A stretch of 64,000 nucleotides of DNA, taken from Octopus bimaculoides. Lineage: Eukaryota. Where the stretch lies: positions 23,572,837 through 23,636,836 of the forward strand of contig NC_068984.1 in the NCBI RefSeq assembly GCF_001194135.2, given 5' to 3'. Shown here in pieces: positions 1-14,400 of this stretch (the stretch's first letter is position 1; each line of letters opens with the position of its first letter). A program made the position numbers and the translations under genes. Below the pieces are notes generated by a model that searched no databases, was not told the origin of the DNA, and saw only the letters and a list, made by a program, of their open reading frames with translations.

Positions 1-250
1 ACTGTATAAGCCTGTATAAGAAAGACGGGGGTGGTTTGAATATGGAAAATTCAAGATTGCTAGGTTTTAAAGTTTGTGGGAGCAATCACATAAAAAAAAA
101 AAAAAAGCGACGTGACACATTCCAAACAATTTTAAAGTCATTTCTCTTATATTATGCGAAATATTTCATTAATTATAATGTATATAATAGTATTCTACAT
201 TCATTAATTTCATGTTTCAGTAACAATGTCATTATGTATGGAAGTAAGAT

Positions 251-463
251 GGTGAACTGGCACAATCGTTAGCACGCCGAGCGAAATGCTTAGCAATATT
301 TCGTCTGCCGTTGTGTCCTAAGTTCATATTCTGCCGAGATCGACTTTGCCTTTCATCCTTTCGAGGTCGATAAATTAAGTACCAGTTGCTTACTGGGGTC
401 GATATAATCGACTTGCCCCTTCCCCCAAAATTTCAGGCCTTGTGCCTATAGTAGAAAAGATTA
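251..463 (+). mobile_element. tRNA-derived SINE family A (core TTTGCCTTTCATCCTTTCGGGGTCGAT), near full length
   Basis: A/B-box-like head; related copies at 2893-3113(+), 7836-8048(-), 18295-18450(-), 46992-47205(-), 47867-47990(+), 50060-50205(+), 63095-63675(-, three copies). Confidence 0.85.
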
Positions 464-2663
464 TGTATGGAAGTTGCAACTACTGATATAGGTAACTAAA
501 GAGTCAAAGAAATTTGTTGAAAAGGCACCAATTTTTAAAAATGTGCTCGTGGGTAGCGATCGTTCCCCTTGCTCACCTCTGAAGGGTGCCCCGGGTGGGA
601 CTCACTCTAGTTACACTACTGTACCTACTGTGCTTTCGTTAATCATTTTAGGTATCAGTGTTCACGTAAGCAGATATATACACTCTTTTGCTCCTATCAG
701 CCTTGACCCCGCGGCTTACCTAGAATGTGACATCAGGCACCCAAAAATAAGTTTGACACAGTTCGCTAAAATATACGAAGTCATTTTTATCAATTTTATT
801 TACGTTATCGATAAGTCGGAAATAAACTCTGCTCAACACGAATGTATATACGAACAATGTACTTATGCTCTGATCTTAGGAAGTATCTACTCATATCTTT
901 TCCACAGATATTGACTTACAAAGGTCTAAGAGGAACATTAATGGCATCACTCTCACTGGTCTACAAGGGCCTACACAGGTCAAGCCATGAGCACTGAACT
1001 TCCCCCAGACCCAGGAAGTAAAAAACAAAAACAAAAAAAAAACAATGTTAACGTAATCAAGTTGAAATAGAATCCTGAATTAGAGGCTTCAATTGTTTAA
1101 TAACAATGCAATGTACAGAATATTGACAAGCAGGAGACAATCTTTGATTCTCAGTTAATAACCATAGAAATATAGAGCAATTTTAGAATGACAAAAAGGC
1201 TGTTTACACACACAAACAAACACACACACAAATACACACTTACACACAATCTGCTGTAAATTTGTTGTTTCATTTTATATAATTTGTAACACATGGGAAA
1301 ATATATTAGAAATCATAAGTAGCAAGAACTTTATTTATTATAATTATCATTATTAATATTATCAGCATTATTTTTACAGTCAATTCCACTTAATTACATA
1401 CTGGATAATTACATAATTTGGTTAATTGTATAACATTACAAGACAACAAATTGTTTACCATCAAATCCATAAAAAATTGAATAATTAATTCTATATGCAA
1501 AGTCAATTTCAGTTAAGTGCACAATTTTTACTGATTTTTAGAAAAAAAAATTGGTAAAATCTTGCATATGACTGACCATTTATAATATATAATAACATAA
1601 TGAAAGTGATCCTGGGACCTTCTGTTTCCATACTGAGTTAAATGACAGAAGTCAGAAATTCATGGTTCCAAAATAGTCAAATGTATTCAATGTATGCTTA
1701 CTATTCCATATCAAATTTCAGATCCCAGTTCAATTACATTTATTTTTTTATCAATTGCATGATGAATTTCTTCCATAAATCTTTATTGTAGATACAATTT
1801 GTAAAAAGTTTGTTTTATATAAATAAAGTGATGAATACACACTCTTTTGTTTTCATTATTGACAATATTAGTCAATGATTGGCCCAATTAATTAACCTGC
1901 AAACCTTTAAATGTAAGTATGTGCAAATTGAAAATCACTGGCTATACACATAAATCTATCTAAGTTTGAGTAACTGAAGAACATCATTGTGTGAAGTCCA
2001 AGTTATTTTTCTTATTGTTTTTGATAGGATAGACAGAGTAGAACGTTAAGTAAATTATATAGATACAAAACATACTGTAAGTAAATAACGTTTTATTATA
2101 TAAACCATACACATGAAACATATCCACAATATCTTAAGACTGATAATATACTGAAATCTTGCACTTTGTCATCTACCACACAAATTTGGTAAATCGTACA
2201 AGAATTCCATTCACTGAGGCTATGCAATTAAGTGGAATCAATTGTATTATTATTATCATAATTATTATTATTATTGTTAATTTTTTTTTAACATTACAAA
2301 ATAATTAAAAGTGTTAATCAATGTCAAGAAAGACAGGTAATGGACACCAGTTTGGTTTAGTTTAGTTTTCTGTCAGTCTCCAGTTCTTGTTTTCCTTTTT
2401 TCTAAGTTAATTGTTCCTTCCTTGGCTTTCCTCTATCATTAGTTCAGTTATTGCACTGATCAGACCATTAAAAGTTATCAGCAATAACATTTATAATCAT
2501 TCATATTACCACTGGGAACAATGAGAGACTGCAGCTGCTAAAGAACACAGCATTTGGTTTAAATCTTTCTTTTATCAATAATTCGTAGTAACATTTTTTT
2601 TTTAACATTCATTTTTTTTTTTAAGAGTTCATCCATTGTTTTTTTACTTTCTCGAAGATGATA

Positions 2664-2719
2664 TCAAGATGCAACCATCACAGGTTCTGCTGCCTTTTGC
2701 TTCTTTTCAGCAATTTTAT
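2664..2719 (-). CDS. CHMP6: CHMP6 exon 8 (56 nt, stop TGA)
   Basis: ttcttag acceptor; (D)KIAEKKQKAAEPVMVAS*; ends in VAS, similar to vertebrate ELVAAS. Confidence 0.88.
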
Positions 2720-5433
2720 CTAAGAAAAATAGATAAATAAAAATGTACACACAATTAAGGGTTAAAAATTATAAATGCAAATAAAAAAATAACTTAAAAT
2801 GATTTTGCCGTCTTTTGGGAGGGTCATTATACCAATAACAAAAACATGCACTGGTTCCATTTCACTTCTTGTATTCTTATTAGTCAATTCAAGGCAGTGA
2901 GCTGGCAGAATTGTTAGTACACTGGACAAAATGTTGCTGAGCATTTTGTCTATGTTTACATTCTGAGTTCAAATTCTGCCAAGGTTGTCTTTGCCTTTCA
3001 TCCGTTTGGGGACAATAGAATAAAGGACCAGTTTAAGCACTGAGATTGATGTAATCAACCAAACCCTTCCCATACTATTGCTGGCCTTGAGCCAAAGTTT
3101 GAAACCATTATTATTAGTCAATTTGTTAATATCATTTAACCAATAAACTTAGTCAACTGTTTGATTGATCATTCAATCAATCAATCAATCAGCTTTTTTT
3201 GTCAAAGTCCTTTCACCATCATTCACAACTTCATCAATGACATGATCTCTCTGTTCTAGGTCTGACTAGTCATCATATCACATAATACTATGATGAGTTG
3301 TTGTCATTGTTTAACCTAGGTCAATACTGATCTAGCAGATCTCTATTCCAACCATGACCATCCCACCTTCTATTCAGACATAGAGTATCTAAAACTATGT
3401 ACTTTTTTTAGGATGCTAGATTTGAAAATTTAGCTGCTATTTTTAGCAGGTTGAGCACTACATAGAAACTTCATCCTGGTCCAATGGTTGCCTTTTATTC
3501 AGACATAATATATCCACAACTACATAATCTACTATGGACTTCTTCTTTTATGATGGAAGAGTAATGTTTAAAGGGAATTTAGCTGCTATTTTTAGCAAGT
3601 TGAACAACCGCATAGAAGCTTATTCCCTGGCACTCTGGTGGTTGATGTTTAGTCCTAAGTCAAGACTGATTGAGCAAACTTATGATCGAAAATATTTCAT
3701 TAATGATTATTTCATCTTTTTAAAAATATATAAGATTACATTATCCAGTATGTTCTCTCCCAAGATATGAGGACATGATCTAAAAAATAATTTGGCAGTT
3801 ATTTTTAGCAAGTCAAGCTAGGAGGATGCTAGTTTGTTACAGGTAACATTCCCAGCTGATCCTATAGCTGCTTTCTGTAGCTATGTTAACTGAAACAGTG
3901 CATCAATCTCTAATAGAGTTATTCTGTATCTGCTTACAACATATACTCTTTACTCTTTTTACTTGTTTCAGTCATTTGACTGTGGTCATGCTGGAGCACA
4001 GTCTTTAGTCGGGCAAATCGACCCTAGGGCTTATTCTTTGTAAGCCTAGTACTTATTCTATTAGTCTCTTTTGCCGAACCGCTAAGTTATGGGGACATAA
4101 ACACACTAGCATCGGTTGTCAAGCGATGTTGGGGGGGACAAACACAGACACACAAACATACACACACACATACATATATATATACATATATACGACGGGC
4201 TACGTTCAGTTTCCGTCTACCAAATCCACTCACAAGGCTTTGGTCGGCCCGAGGCTATAGTAGAAGACACTTGCCCAAGGTGCCACGCAGTGGGACTGAA
4301 CCCAGAACCATGTGGTTCGTAAGCAAGCTACTTACCACACAGCCACTCCTATGCTTATACATGGAACTTACAAAAAATAAAGAAGTTACAAACTATGAGC
4401 AGTTAGTTCAATCCTGAGTCATTTCCATTATACTTTGTGATGTTTAGAAGTGGAATTTGACATTTTATAATTTCTTTGGCTGAGATAGAAAGACAGCTTT
4501 TTTTGCCAATGGATGGATATAGATGGAGGACAGAGAATATACAAGCGAAGAGGGAAGAAAGTAAACATGCAAAGTGAGTGTAGCTGTAGATGATAATGTT
4601 GTTATCATCATCATCATCATTTGGAAAATTCTATAAAATTAGTGTACAAAAAGCAAGATTATGTTACTAAAAGTCATATTAAGTATGTCTAAATGGAGAA
4701 CAAGAAACCAAGTTTTTATGAAATCACTTGTCTTTTCCATACCTTCCAGTTTATCTTCTGGTACATCTGGCAACTGAATGTCTTCAGGTAATTCTTCTTT
4801 CTTTGCAGGTTCAACGTCTGCCTGTAGAACAAAATGTTTAATGTTTAGTTTCAGAAAAGGTTTGAATCAAAAACTTAATAAAATTTTAACATAGAAGGTT
4901 CAGGAGAAATAAATACAGAAAAAAAAAGGGGGAAAAAAGATGAAATAAAATTAAATACATGCTTTATCATAACAAACAAATTAACAGTTTTGTTATATGA
5001 AAACCTTCATTTTTGTTCAGTTAAACGGCCTCTCCACTTTACAGATACTATTGATTTCATTTCTAACTCTCTCCTAACTGTGAGTAGCCATGTAGCACTC
5101 CTACAAAAACTTGATCTGCCCCACCCCTTTCTTTCATACGCTAACCCTCATCTGCTAATATATAGCTCCTGTCCACAAGTTTTGTTGGCATGCAAGCTGT
5201 ATAGCAACCTCACTAGAGCAGGTGGTACCAGAAAAGCACCAGTTCACACTGTAAAGTGATTGGCATTAGGAAGGGCATCCAGCTGTAGAAACTATGTCAA
5301 AGCAGACAAGAGCATAATGTAGTCCTTGGACACTCTGGATCCGTTTGAACCATCCAACTCATGCCAGTAAGAAATATGGACATTATATGATGATAACATG
5401 TGTGTGAGTGAGTGAGTGAGTGAGCGAGTGAGC

Positions 5434-5474
<41 letters not shown>

Positions 5475-8400
5475 TTTGTGAGTGTGTGTGTGTGTGTGGA
5501 TGTGTGTGCAAAAGAGGTCACTTAACTGAACAAAAAATGACAGTATATAATTCCTCCTCATCATCATCATCATTTAACGTCCTCTTTCGATGCTAGCATG
5601 GGTTGGACAGTCTGTGCCATGCTTCTGTCTGTTTTGGCATGGTTTTTTACTGCTGGATGCCCTTCCTAACACCATCCACTCCATAGAGTGAGCTGAGTGC
5701 TTTTAATGTGGCATTCACACAGGTGAGGTATTTTTGACATGGTTTTTACAGCTGAATGCCCTTCCAAACACCAACTACTTTACAGGTGGACTGGGTGCTT
5801 TTTAAGTGGCACCTGTACTTCCAGGGTCACCAAGTAACTTTGCAAGACAAGGAATCTTTGAGAGAGCAGGGAGCATATAATTCTAGACATAAAATAACAT
5901 TTTCTTGAGTGAAGTCTAAGTTTATTCAGTGTACATGCATTCAAACTAAAGTATTACAATAATCCACTTCAAACAATTCTTTCATAATTTTCAGTATATA
6001 CATCATCATCATTTAACGTCTGTTACCCATGCTGGCATGGGTTGGACGGTTTGACTGGGCTGGCACGCTGGAAGGCTGAGCCAGGCTCCAGTCTGATTTG
6101 GCATGGTTTTCTACAGCTGGATGCCCTTCCTAACGCCAACCACTCTGAAAGTGTAATGGGTGTTTTTATACGCCACCAGCAAGGGTGCCATTTGTGTGAC
6201 ACTGATATCTGCCATGACTGCAATTTTGCTTGGCTTGATGGGTCTTCTTCTCAAACACGACATAATTCCAAAGGTCTTGGTCATTGCCTCTGTAAGGCCC
6301 AACACTCGAAAGGAACTCAGCCACTTTGCTCCCATGGGGCCTAATACTCAAAAGGAACTAAGCCACCTTGCCTCTGTGAGGCCCAACACTCAAAAGGAAC
6401 TCAGCCACTTGCCTCCATATCTGTATGTGTATGTATAGAATATTACAATCAACTCATTCAACCTTTAATATGTTGTTTTGTTCAATTTATCCCCTGTATA
6501 TTATTTATATTAGACCAGCTATTGTATTATCTTTCAAACAGAAAACATCTATATGAAGTGGCTGGCTGACTGGTAGTAACAATAAAAAATGTTAACACTC
6601 ATTCAATATCAACACAAATTAAAGCACAAATCATAGGTTTGTGATTTTCATGTACACACAAAGAAAAATTTAATCTTTTTAAATGCTTTGAAATAAACTT
6701 ACCTCTATAAGTGCATCCAGTTCAGCAAGGACATCATCTTCATCCTCTTCTGTCAAACCACCAGCCAACAGATCATCAATTTCCTGTAATTAAGATCATG
6801 AATCATTCAGTACAGTAATTAATCCAGTGGTTATTCATTACATTGTTTACAAAAATCTTCACAATATTTATTCAATGTTCTCTGTTATCTTAAAATTTAT
6901 ATGCACAAAAATCTTATAAGGCTCAAAATTGTTTGCATTGAGAAATCTATGCTTGAAATGAATTTTTGAGTATGTCTGATATGAAAAAATTAAGATAATA
7001 TTTGTGAACATATAAAATCAGGAATACCCAAAATATATTTTAATTAAGATGCAAGACAACACAGCACTAAAAAGTGCTATTTATTCCCAAAAACAAACTA
7101 ACTTAAATTTGTTCTATGACACATACATAAACAGCTTACAGAGAACACTGATAATTTTCTTCGTTCATGCAAACTATTTTCCTTCTATTTGTCTTTGTAA
7201 CTAACCAATTGAAAGAGTCTGTTCTCTTACAGATATACTTAAAATATTTAAATTTCCTCACATCCCTTTCATGTAACACATCCACAAGATCATTTTAGAT
7301 TGTTATAGATAATACCATTCAATTTTGAAAGAAATTGATGTTATGAACTGTGAAGAAATAAGGCAACAATTAAACAGAAACACAATAGAGAAGTGAAACT
7401 GTCTTTCCTCTATAAGTATGGGTGTTGATGTTGAGCTTATAAGAACATGTCTTCAATTCTTTAGACAGTGTCATAAAAACAGTTCAAAAATTGAATAAAT
7501 TTGTTTGCAATAGGGAAGATGACAAGCCTACTTTTTCAAGCAGAACCCTTCTCGTCAGAGAGAAATATTTTCTAATGAAAATAACTCACCCTGACAAAGG
7601 TTTCTCTGTCTTGGATGTTAAATTTTTTCTTTGTCATGGCAAACTAATTTGTACCATTTCTGATTTTACTTTTTCCATTTTTATTGGTCTGGAGGAAGGA
7701 GTTGTGCCAATGTGTTTTACATATTTGCCAATGTTGATAACAATTACTTGTTCCTCATGTTCTACTGTTTACTCATTAGAGTAAATTAGAAGTGGGACCT
7801 GTGATAACAAAAGCTGCCCTTTGTGGAGAAATATTGATTTCAGATTTTGGCACAAGGCCGGCAACTTTGGAGAGGGGTTAGTCAATTGCATCAACCCCAG
7901 AGCTCAACTGGTACTTATTTTATCAACCTTGAAAGGATGAAAGGCAAAGTCAACCTTGGCTGAATCTGAATTCAGAACATGAAGACAGATGAAATGCCGC
8001 TAAGCATTTTGTCCTAGCATACTAACAATTCTACCAGCCCACTACCTTAAGTTTTGGAGAAATATTGACAAGAGAGTGAAATACATGGGAAATATTATTC
8101 ATGAAATTATCATGGTATCCCTAATGACTTGAAGTTTACTGGACATGATGAGAACAAAGAAACAGAACCAACCTGTTGGTATTTAATGCCTTCNNNNNNN
8201 NNNNNNNNNNNNNNNNNNNNNNNNNNNNNNNNNNNNNNNNNNNNNNNNNNNNNNNNNNNNNNNNNNNNNNNNNNNNNNNNNNNNNNNNNNNNNNNNNNNN
8301 NNNNNNNNNNNNNNNNNNNNNNNNNNNNNNNNNNNNNNNNNNNNNNNNNNNNNNNNNNNNNNNNNNNNNNNNNNNNNNNNNNNNNNNNNNNNNNNNNNNN

Positions 8401-11400
8401 NNNNNNNNNNNNNNNNNNNNNNNNNNNNNNNNNNNNNNNNNNNNNNNNNNNNNNNNNNNNNNNNNNNNNNNNNNNNNNNNNNNNNNNNNNNNNNNNNNNN
8501 NNNNNNNNNNNNNNNNNNNNNNNNNNNNNNNNNNNNNNNNNNNNNNNNNNNNNNNNNNNNNNNNNNNNNNNNNNNNNNNNNNNNNNNNNNNNNNNNNNNN
8601 NNNNNNNNNNNNNNNNNNNNNNNNNNNNNNNNNNNNNNNNNNNNNNNNNGCTGTCAAGTGGTAACAAGAAAATAACAAACAGCATTTGCAGTAAGGATAA
8701 ACATTTGTAGTTTAATGATAAACATTTGCAGTAATGATAAAAATATGACATGGCATTGGATTCAAAAGATGAGAGAAATTATTTCATCTATGCAAAAGGT
8801 GCTATCATTTTATGTAATAATAATAATAATAATAATAAGGGAGTGGGATGGGCTACTCAAACTGAAGAAATTTCTAACTGGGCCTCAACTACAAGGTCAT
8901 GCAGTGTTCATCTTGATATGAGATCACCATGTCACACAATTTTTTCAATACTTTTATTCTTATTATTATTTCTTGTACTTTAAAACATGTTTTTTATCGG
9001 CAATGGATTTAAAATTTGCCACAAGTAAACACCAAAGTAAGCTTTTGGAAAATTATAATTATAAACTAGCTTCAGCTGCCAATGTGAGACAGTTCATTGT
9101 GCTGTTAACAGCACCTGGAAGTGCATGACCAACCCAACTTCACAGCTCTTTCTTCTGAAAATAAAATCTAAGAAATTGTATTTCCAGCTTTATAGTGATT
9201 ATTAGTTTAGGAAAACTTCACTCATCTGCTTATATCATATAAGGTGAGACATATGGCATGTGGGACTGGTAATGTCTAGTCAAGGTGACTTTTATTAATG
9301 TCATAAACAATGACAAACAGCAAGTGTAAATGAGCCAATGAAGAAGCCTCTATGTAGTAACTAGATGTGCTAAAAATAACACAAATTTTCTTCAAATCAC
9401 ATCTCACTGCCTAAAAATAGAAGGAGAAGATGCACTAGACAATGTAGTCCTAGACATACAAAAGGATGGGACAATCATCACTGGAATGTCTTTAATCATA
9501 TAATCTGCTCAATCAAGGATTGACCTGAAGTCAAATAAAGAAACTGTGTTTATAGCAATGGCACCAATGATAGAAAAATTTTACCTCATGCATTTTCTTC
9601 AGGGAATCATTTCCTTCCTTAAGACTCTGTAAAACATTGGCTTCAATCTGTGCAAACTCAATATCATGGACCTGAAATAATAGGAAAAATAAAAACAAAT
9701 TTTGTTATATTTTGTGTGATAACTATGAGAATATTGCAACTAAAGTTGTTATTAACAGTGATATTGTTTGAAAGATGGAGGTGGTACACACTGGCTTTAA
9801 AATTATGTCCTGTGAGGAGTTTTTCACAATTCATTAAAATCTGCATGTCTTGCATAAATAACAGAAAACTATTAACTAAAATGTAAACAAGTATAACTTC
9901 ATTTACATAATGGGTACAAGTTTGACAGTCAGAGATTACTATAGTATCAATACAGCACGAGTTATGAACAGACAGTCCATCTAGCTCCATCTATTTAGCA
10001 GAGAGAGAAATAAAGTTAGTTGCAACACTCAGTAGGGTCACTGTTATGTTGATGCAAGTTTTCTTTTACAAGTGTTGACTTCAAACCTGTCAACGAGTTA
10101 AATCTGCAATAAAGTGTTGTTCCAATCCAGGAAGGGAAGTGTCACATAAAATTTCATAATGCTGTGTCAGGATATTTTTCAGAGACAGGTAAGTAAATAA
10201 GAATCTGTGCTGAAAGATCCTGCTCTTCTTAGCTTCAAATAATATCTCTTACCATCCTATCAATATAACTTGGGTGATGAATGTTACATATGTTGAATGT
10301 TACATATGTTGACTGAATCATAGGAAACAATTTTCTAAAGAGTGTTCTGTGGCATCTCCATTGTCAGTGCATTATTAGAGTGGTGGAGAAATAGAAATAG
10401 TAAAGTACTTGATAAAATCTGTAGCAATGTTTAGTCATATTGCTTCCTGTGGTTGATATTGCATTTCAATTTTCTAGCAACAATAAAATAAGCACCAATC
10501 AAGTGCAGGAGCTGATTTAATTGACTGTTCTTTCTTCTATAACTTGCAATCATGTTTTTGATTTGGAAATCTACACACAGTTAGTAATGATTATAGATAC
10601 CATAATATAGTGCTAAATCATAAGTGAGCTAAGATCAATCCCAGTTGCAGCTTTCTAACTTTCTTTCTTTTGTTGCATCCAACCAGTTTCCTTTGACATT
10701 TCTTTCTCTCTCTTCCTCATTTCCATTATCTCTCATCTATTACGCAACTGTCATACTTTACTCTTTCTCCTGCTTCTATGGTGCCCTCCAGTGTCTTTTT
10801 CTCACCCTTCATCCTCTTCCCTCTTTTCTCTCACTGCCCTCTCCCCCACAGCTTCTCTGCCTCCTCAACACTCCATCTCATCTTTCCTCCTCTGACCTTC
10901 CCCCACAAGCCCTCACACCTCTCTTTCCTTCAATGACTCAGGATTCTTCTTCACCTTAGGCTACTGTTCCCTTCCTGTCCTGCTTCCCTCACACTTTTTG
11001 TCCAAACTCAACCTCTTATAATGTTGGATAACCTTAGGCCTCACTTAACACAATCCACTCTATCATCTTTCAACTTTATCCCTCTCTTTTCCTCAATAAC
11101 CCCTGTCACTAATCCTTTTCCCCTCTCCTCAGTTCCTTGTCATATTCCTTCATCCTCTTCTCTTACTTACCATCTCTCAACCCTCCTCTTAAAATCATTG
11201 CCCACTCTTTTCTTTATTCTCCCTCAGTTATAGGGGCTACTTTAAACTCTTAGCCTTGCAAGTTATGAGGCAATCATCACTAGTGCTGGTACCATGTAAA
11301 AAAGCATTCAATACACTCTGTTAAGTGGATGGCATTAGGAATGGCATCCAGCCATAGAATCTATACCAAAGTAGACATTGGAGAATAAAATTGTCCTCCA

Positions 11401-14400
11401 ATTCATCAGATACCAAGTATCAAACTGCGCAACTCCTGTCAGTATATTGAAGCTGGGAAGCCAGATATTAAATGATGATAATTATAACAATGAAAATGTG
11501 TCTGAAAAAAATATGGTTATCACAACTTCCCATCACCCATTCTCTAAAAAGCCGTATCCCTTGACTTGATGTGAGAAATGTTATTAATAGCGATGGCTAT
11601 CTTCATCATGATAACATTATTGGTACTATAGTTGGGAAAAAGCATTGAATAATAAAGTCTTTAAATGAGTCTTTTTTTTTCCTTTTAAATGGTAAAATGT
11701 TGATAGAAATAATTCTACAGTCAAAGTCACTTGATAACAAAAATTGGAGACAAGAAAATAAGAACATAACTTACCAGCCGTTCCAATGTTTCTAATTGAT
11801 TTTCTGTTTTTTGGATTAATCCTTCTTGGAATTTTTTCTTTCTTAAAAGAAGTTTAACTCTCCTAAAATATTAAATGATGAAAAGTTTAATTATATTTTT
11901 TTAACCCTTTAAACCAGATATATCCAGATCAAATATTCTACCCATTTTATGTTCAAACTGACTGGATCCAATCTCTCACACCTATTCTACAATGTCACTC
12001 TAAAAGTAAACAATCACATCATCAAAATTTCAAAGCTATGAGATAATGCACAAGTAATGTGAATAAAATAAACATTACATTTAACAGAGTAATCTGAATG
12101 TTGAAGGGTTAAAATAGACAGAGCCTTGTATTATGCATACAAACAATATGCTTAGAAAATATGTTTAGGAGTTCATTTGTTCATATTAAAAGAAGAAAAA
12201 GAGTTGCTAATAACTATTTTATGAAAAGATTTGTCTTTTATAAAGCTTTGTACCATTGAAATTATTTATTGATTCTTAAGAAGTTTAAGCATAAACTTAG
12301 AAAGTCAATACAGATCAAGGCCATTGCTTAACAACATTAACTGGTTACATATCTTTTCAAAACGTATTTCAAAATAGGTTGAAATATCCAGACTTAGATT
12401 TGAGCAGATGTGACAAGTTATAGATAGAAGTAGGCAAATGGAGTTATCACAGTCATTTTCTGCTTACTATTTTTTTTCACTTTCTTTTCTGTGTATTTTT
12501 CACACTTATTTTTGAATGTTCTAAGAGACTTTTTTCTAGCACGTAAATTTTCAATCAGTACTTACATATTTTTTCATTTAGTTTGTGTTTTTATTTTAAG
12601 TCAACTATTCTTTTAATTTAAACAGCTAACAACAAGCAGACAAACTATCTATCCATCTATCTATCTATCTATCTATCAGGGAGTAGAAAAATAACTCAAC
12701 CAACTGACTGTCGGTTGAGATAAACAGAGATAAAATAATTAATGAAGATAAAATGGATAATTGTTGAAATCATGAGATAGTATAGTTAATTGCCACAAAT
12801 TGGGCAAAACATTATTAATTGGGCAAAGTATAATCAAGTGTGGCTTTGTGCCTGCACTAAAGATTATTATTTTGTCTTGTGAGTTACTTGGCAACCTCAC
12901 TAGTGTTGGTGTCTTGGAAAAAGTATCCAGTGCACTATGTAAAGTGGTTGGTGTTAAGAAGTGCATCCATCAAAACCATGCCAAAACACACATAAGTGTT
13001 CAATGCAGTCCTCTGGATCATTGGATCCTTTCAAACGGTTTAACCTATGCTAGCATGAAAGACAAATGTTAAATGATGATGATGGTGATGAATGATTTGT
13101 TTCCAAAAAATGCACAAAATAAAATGATTATGATGATGGCTATATACTTACTCTCGACGGCCATTTTTCAAAAGAGCTCTGGCAGCTTCTTTTTCTCTCA
13201 CTAAGTTTGCTTCAAGCTTCTTAGTATACTGTTTCAGTTTGTCACGTTGAACCTTCAGCTGCTGTAAAGGATATAAAGAGTTTCTTTAAGACCTTACCAA
13301 CAATGTCTTATACTGCAATAGTCAACAAAGAGTCTTAATAACATTGATAACTGTGACACAGACAGTTTGGAACATCATGCATCTAAGTCCATATCTATCA
13401 ATCAACTTTGTTGTTACATCAATATCACCATTGTTTTAATGTTGACATTCCTCTAATTTACAACCAAGAAAGATCCTGTTTTCAACCATTTAGTCTTAAG
13501 TCAGATCCTATCAGGTAAGCCTATAATCAAATGAATTATAACTATAGCCAGTCCACTTTTTACTCAGTGTATCTAGGGCTACATCATACAATTATCTTCC
13601 CTTTTTAAAACAGCAGAATGTGATTTGGATATTTGGCTGCTATTTCTAGCAAGTGGACTGACCAAGAAGAGGCTACTTAGAGTTTTTATTTTCATTGGTT
13701 TAGTCACAAGGAAGAGTCTGTGTGCATAGCTTTGACAGGCCCTTCAAGACCAATGAATTTAACAAGAGAAGCTGGCTGATGCACAAAAAACATGATCAGG
13801 GAGGGAATTCCAGAGAGCTATATTAGTGAAAGAGGACTGGGTTTTTTGCTGGGTCTGGAGAAAGGGGCAGTTCCATAGTTTTTGCAGGCAGGCATTCCAA
13901 GGACAATGAGATTGATGCTATTAATGTTCTATTTAAACTATTGTAAGTCAAACTGAGTGAAGACCATGCAGATTTGGCATATCAAGTAGAGATAATGCAG
14001 GGTTGGAGATAATTCATTAGTTTTACTGAGAACAAGACAACCTCTGTAGTGTTGGTGCCTTGAAAAAATGCACCTAGTGCACTTTGTAAAGTGGTTGGTG
14101 ATAGAAAGGACACAAAGCTCTAGAAACAAAGATAAATCTACGACACTAGAGTAAGGCATGGTCTGCCACCCTGCTGAACCATCCAACCCATGGAAAGCAG
14201 ATGTATGATGATGATGATGATGATGATGATGAAATTGATACCTACAGATAGTAATTTAGCACAGGACCTGAAGAGGAGGAGTAGGAAACAAAGGTGATGA
14301 GAAGAAAAGAGACAAGTAACTCTGGAACACCTAAATGTCAGTGGCACAAGACCAACCAGAGCAAGGAGCAGAAGCTATTGTGATAGAAGTAGAAAATACA

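Noticed and set aside
543-914. 123-aa ORF as a gene
   Set aside because: No recognisable motif or splice structure
8110-8751. Long ORFs spanning 8194-8649 (and likewise 21028-21616)
   Set aside because: Artefacts of translating N runs; only EGIKYQQ is real (CHMP6 exon 5)
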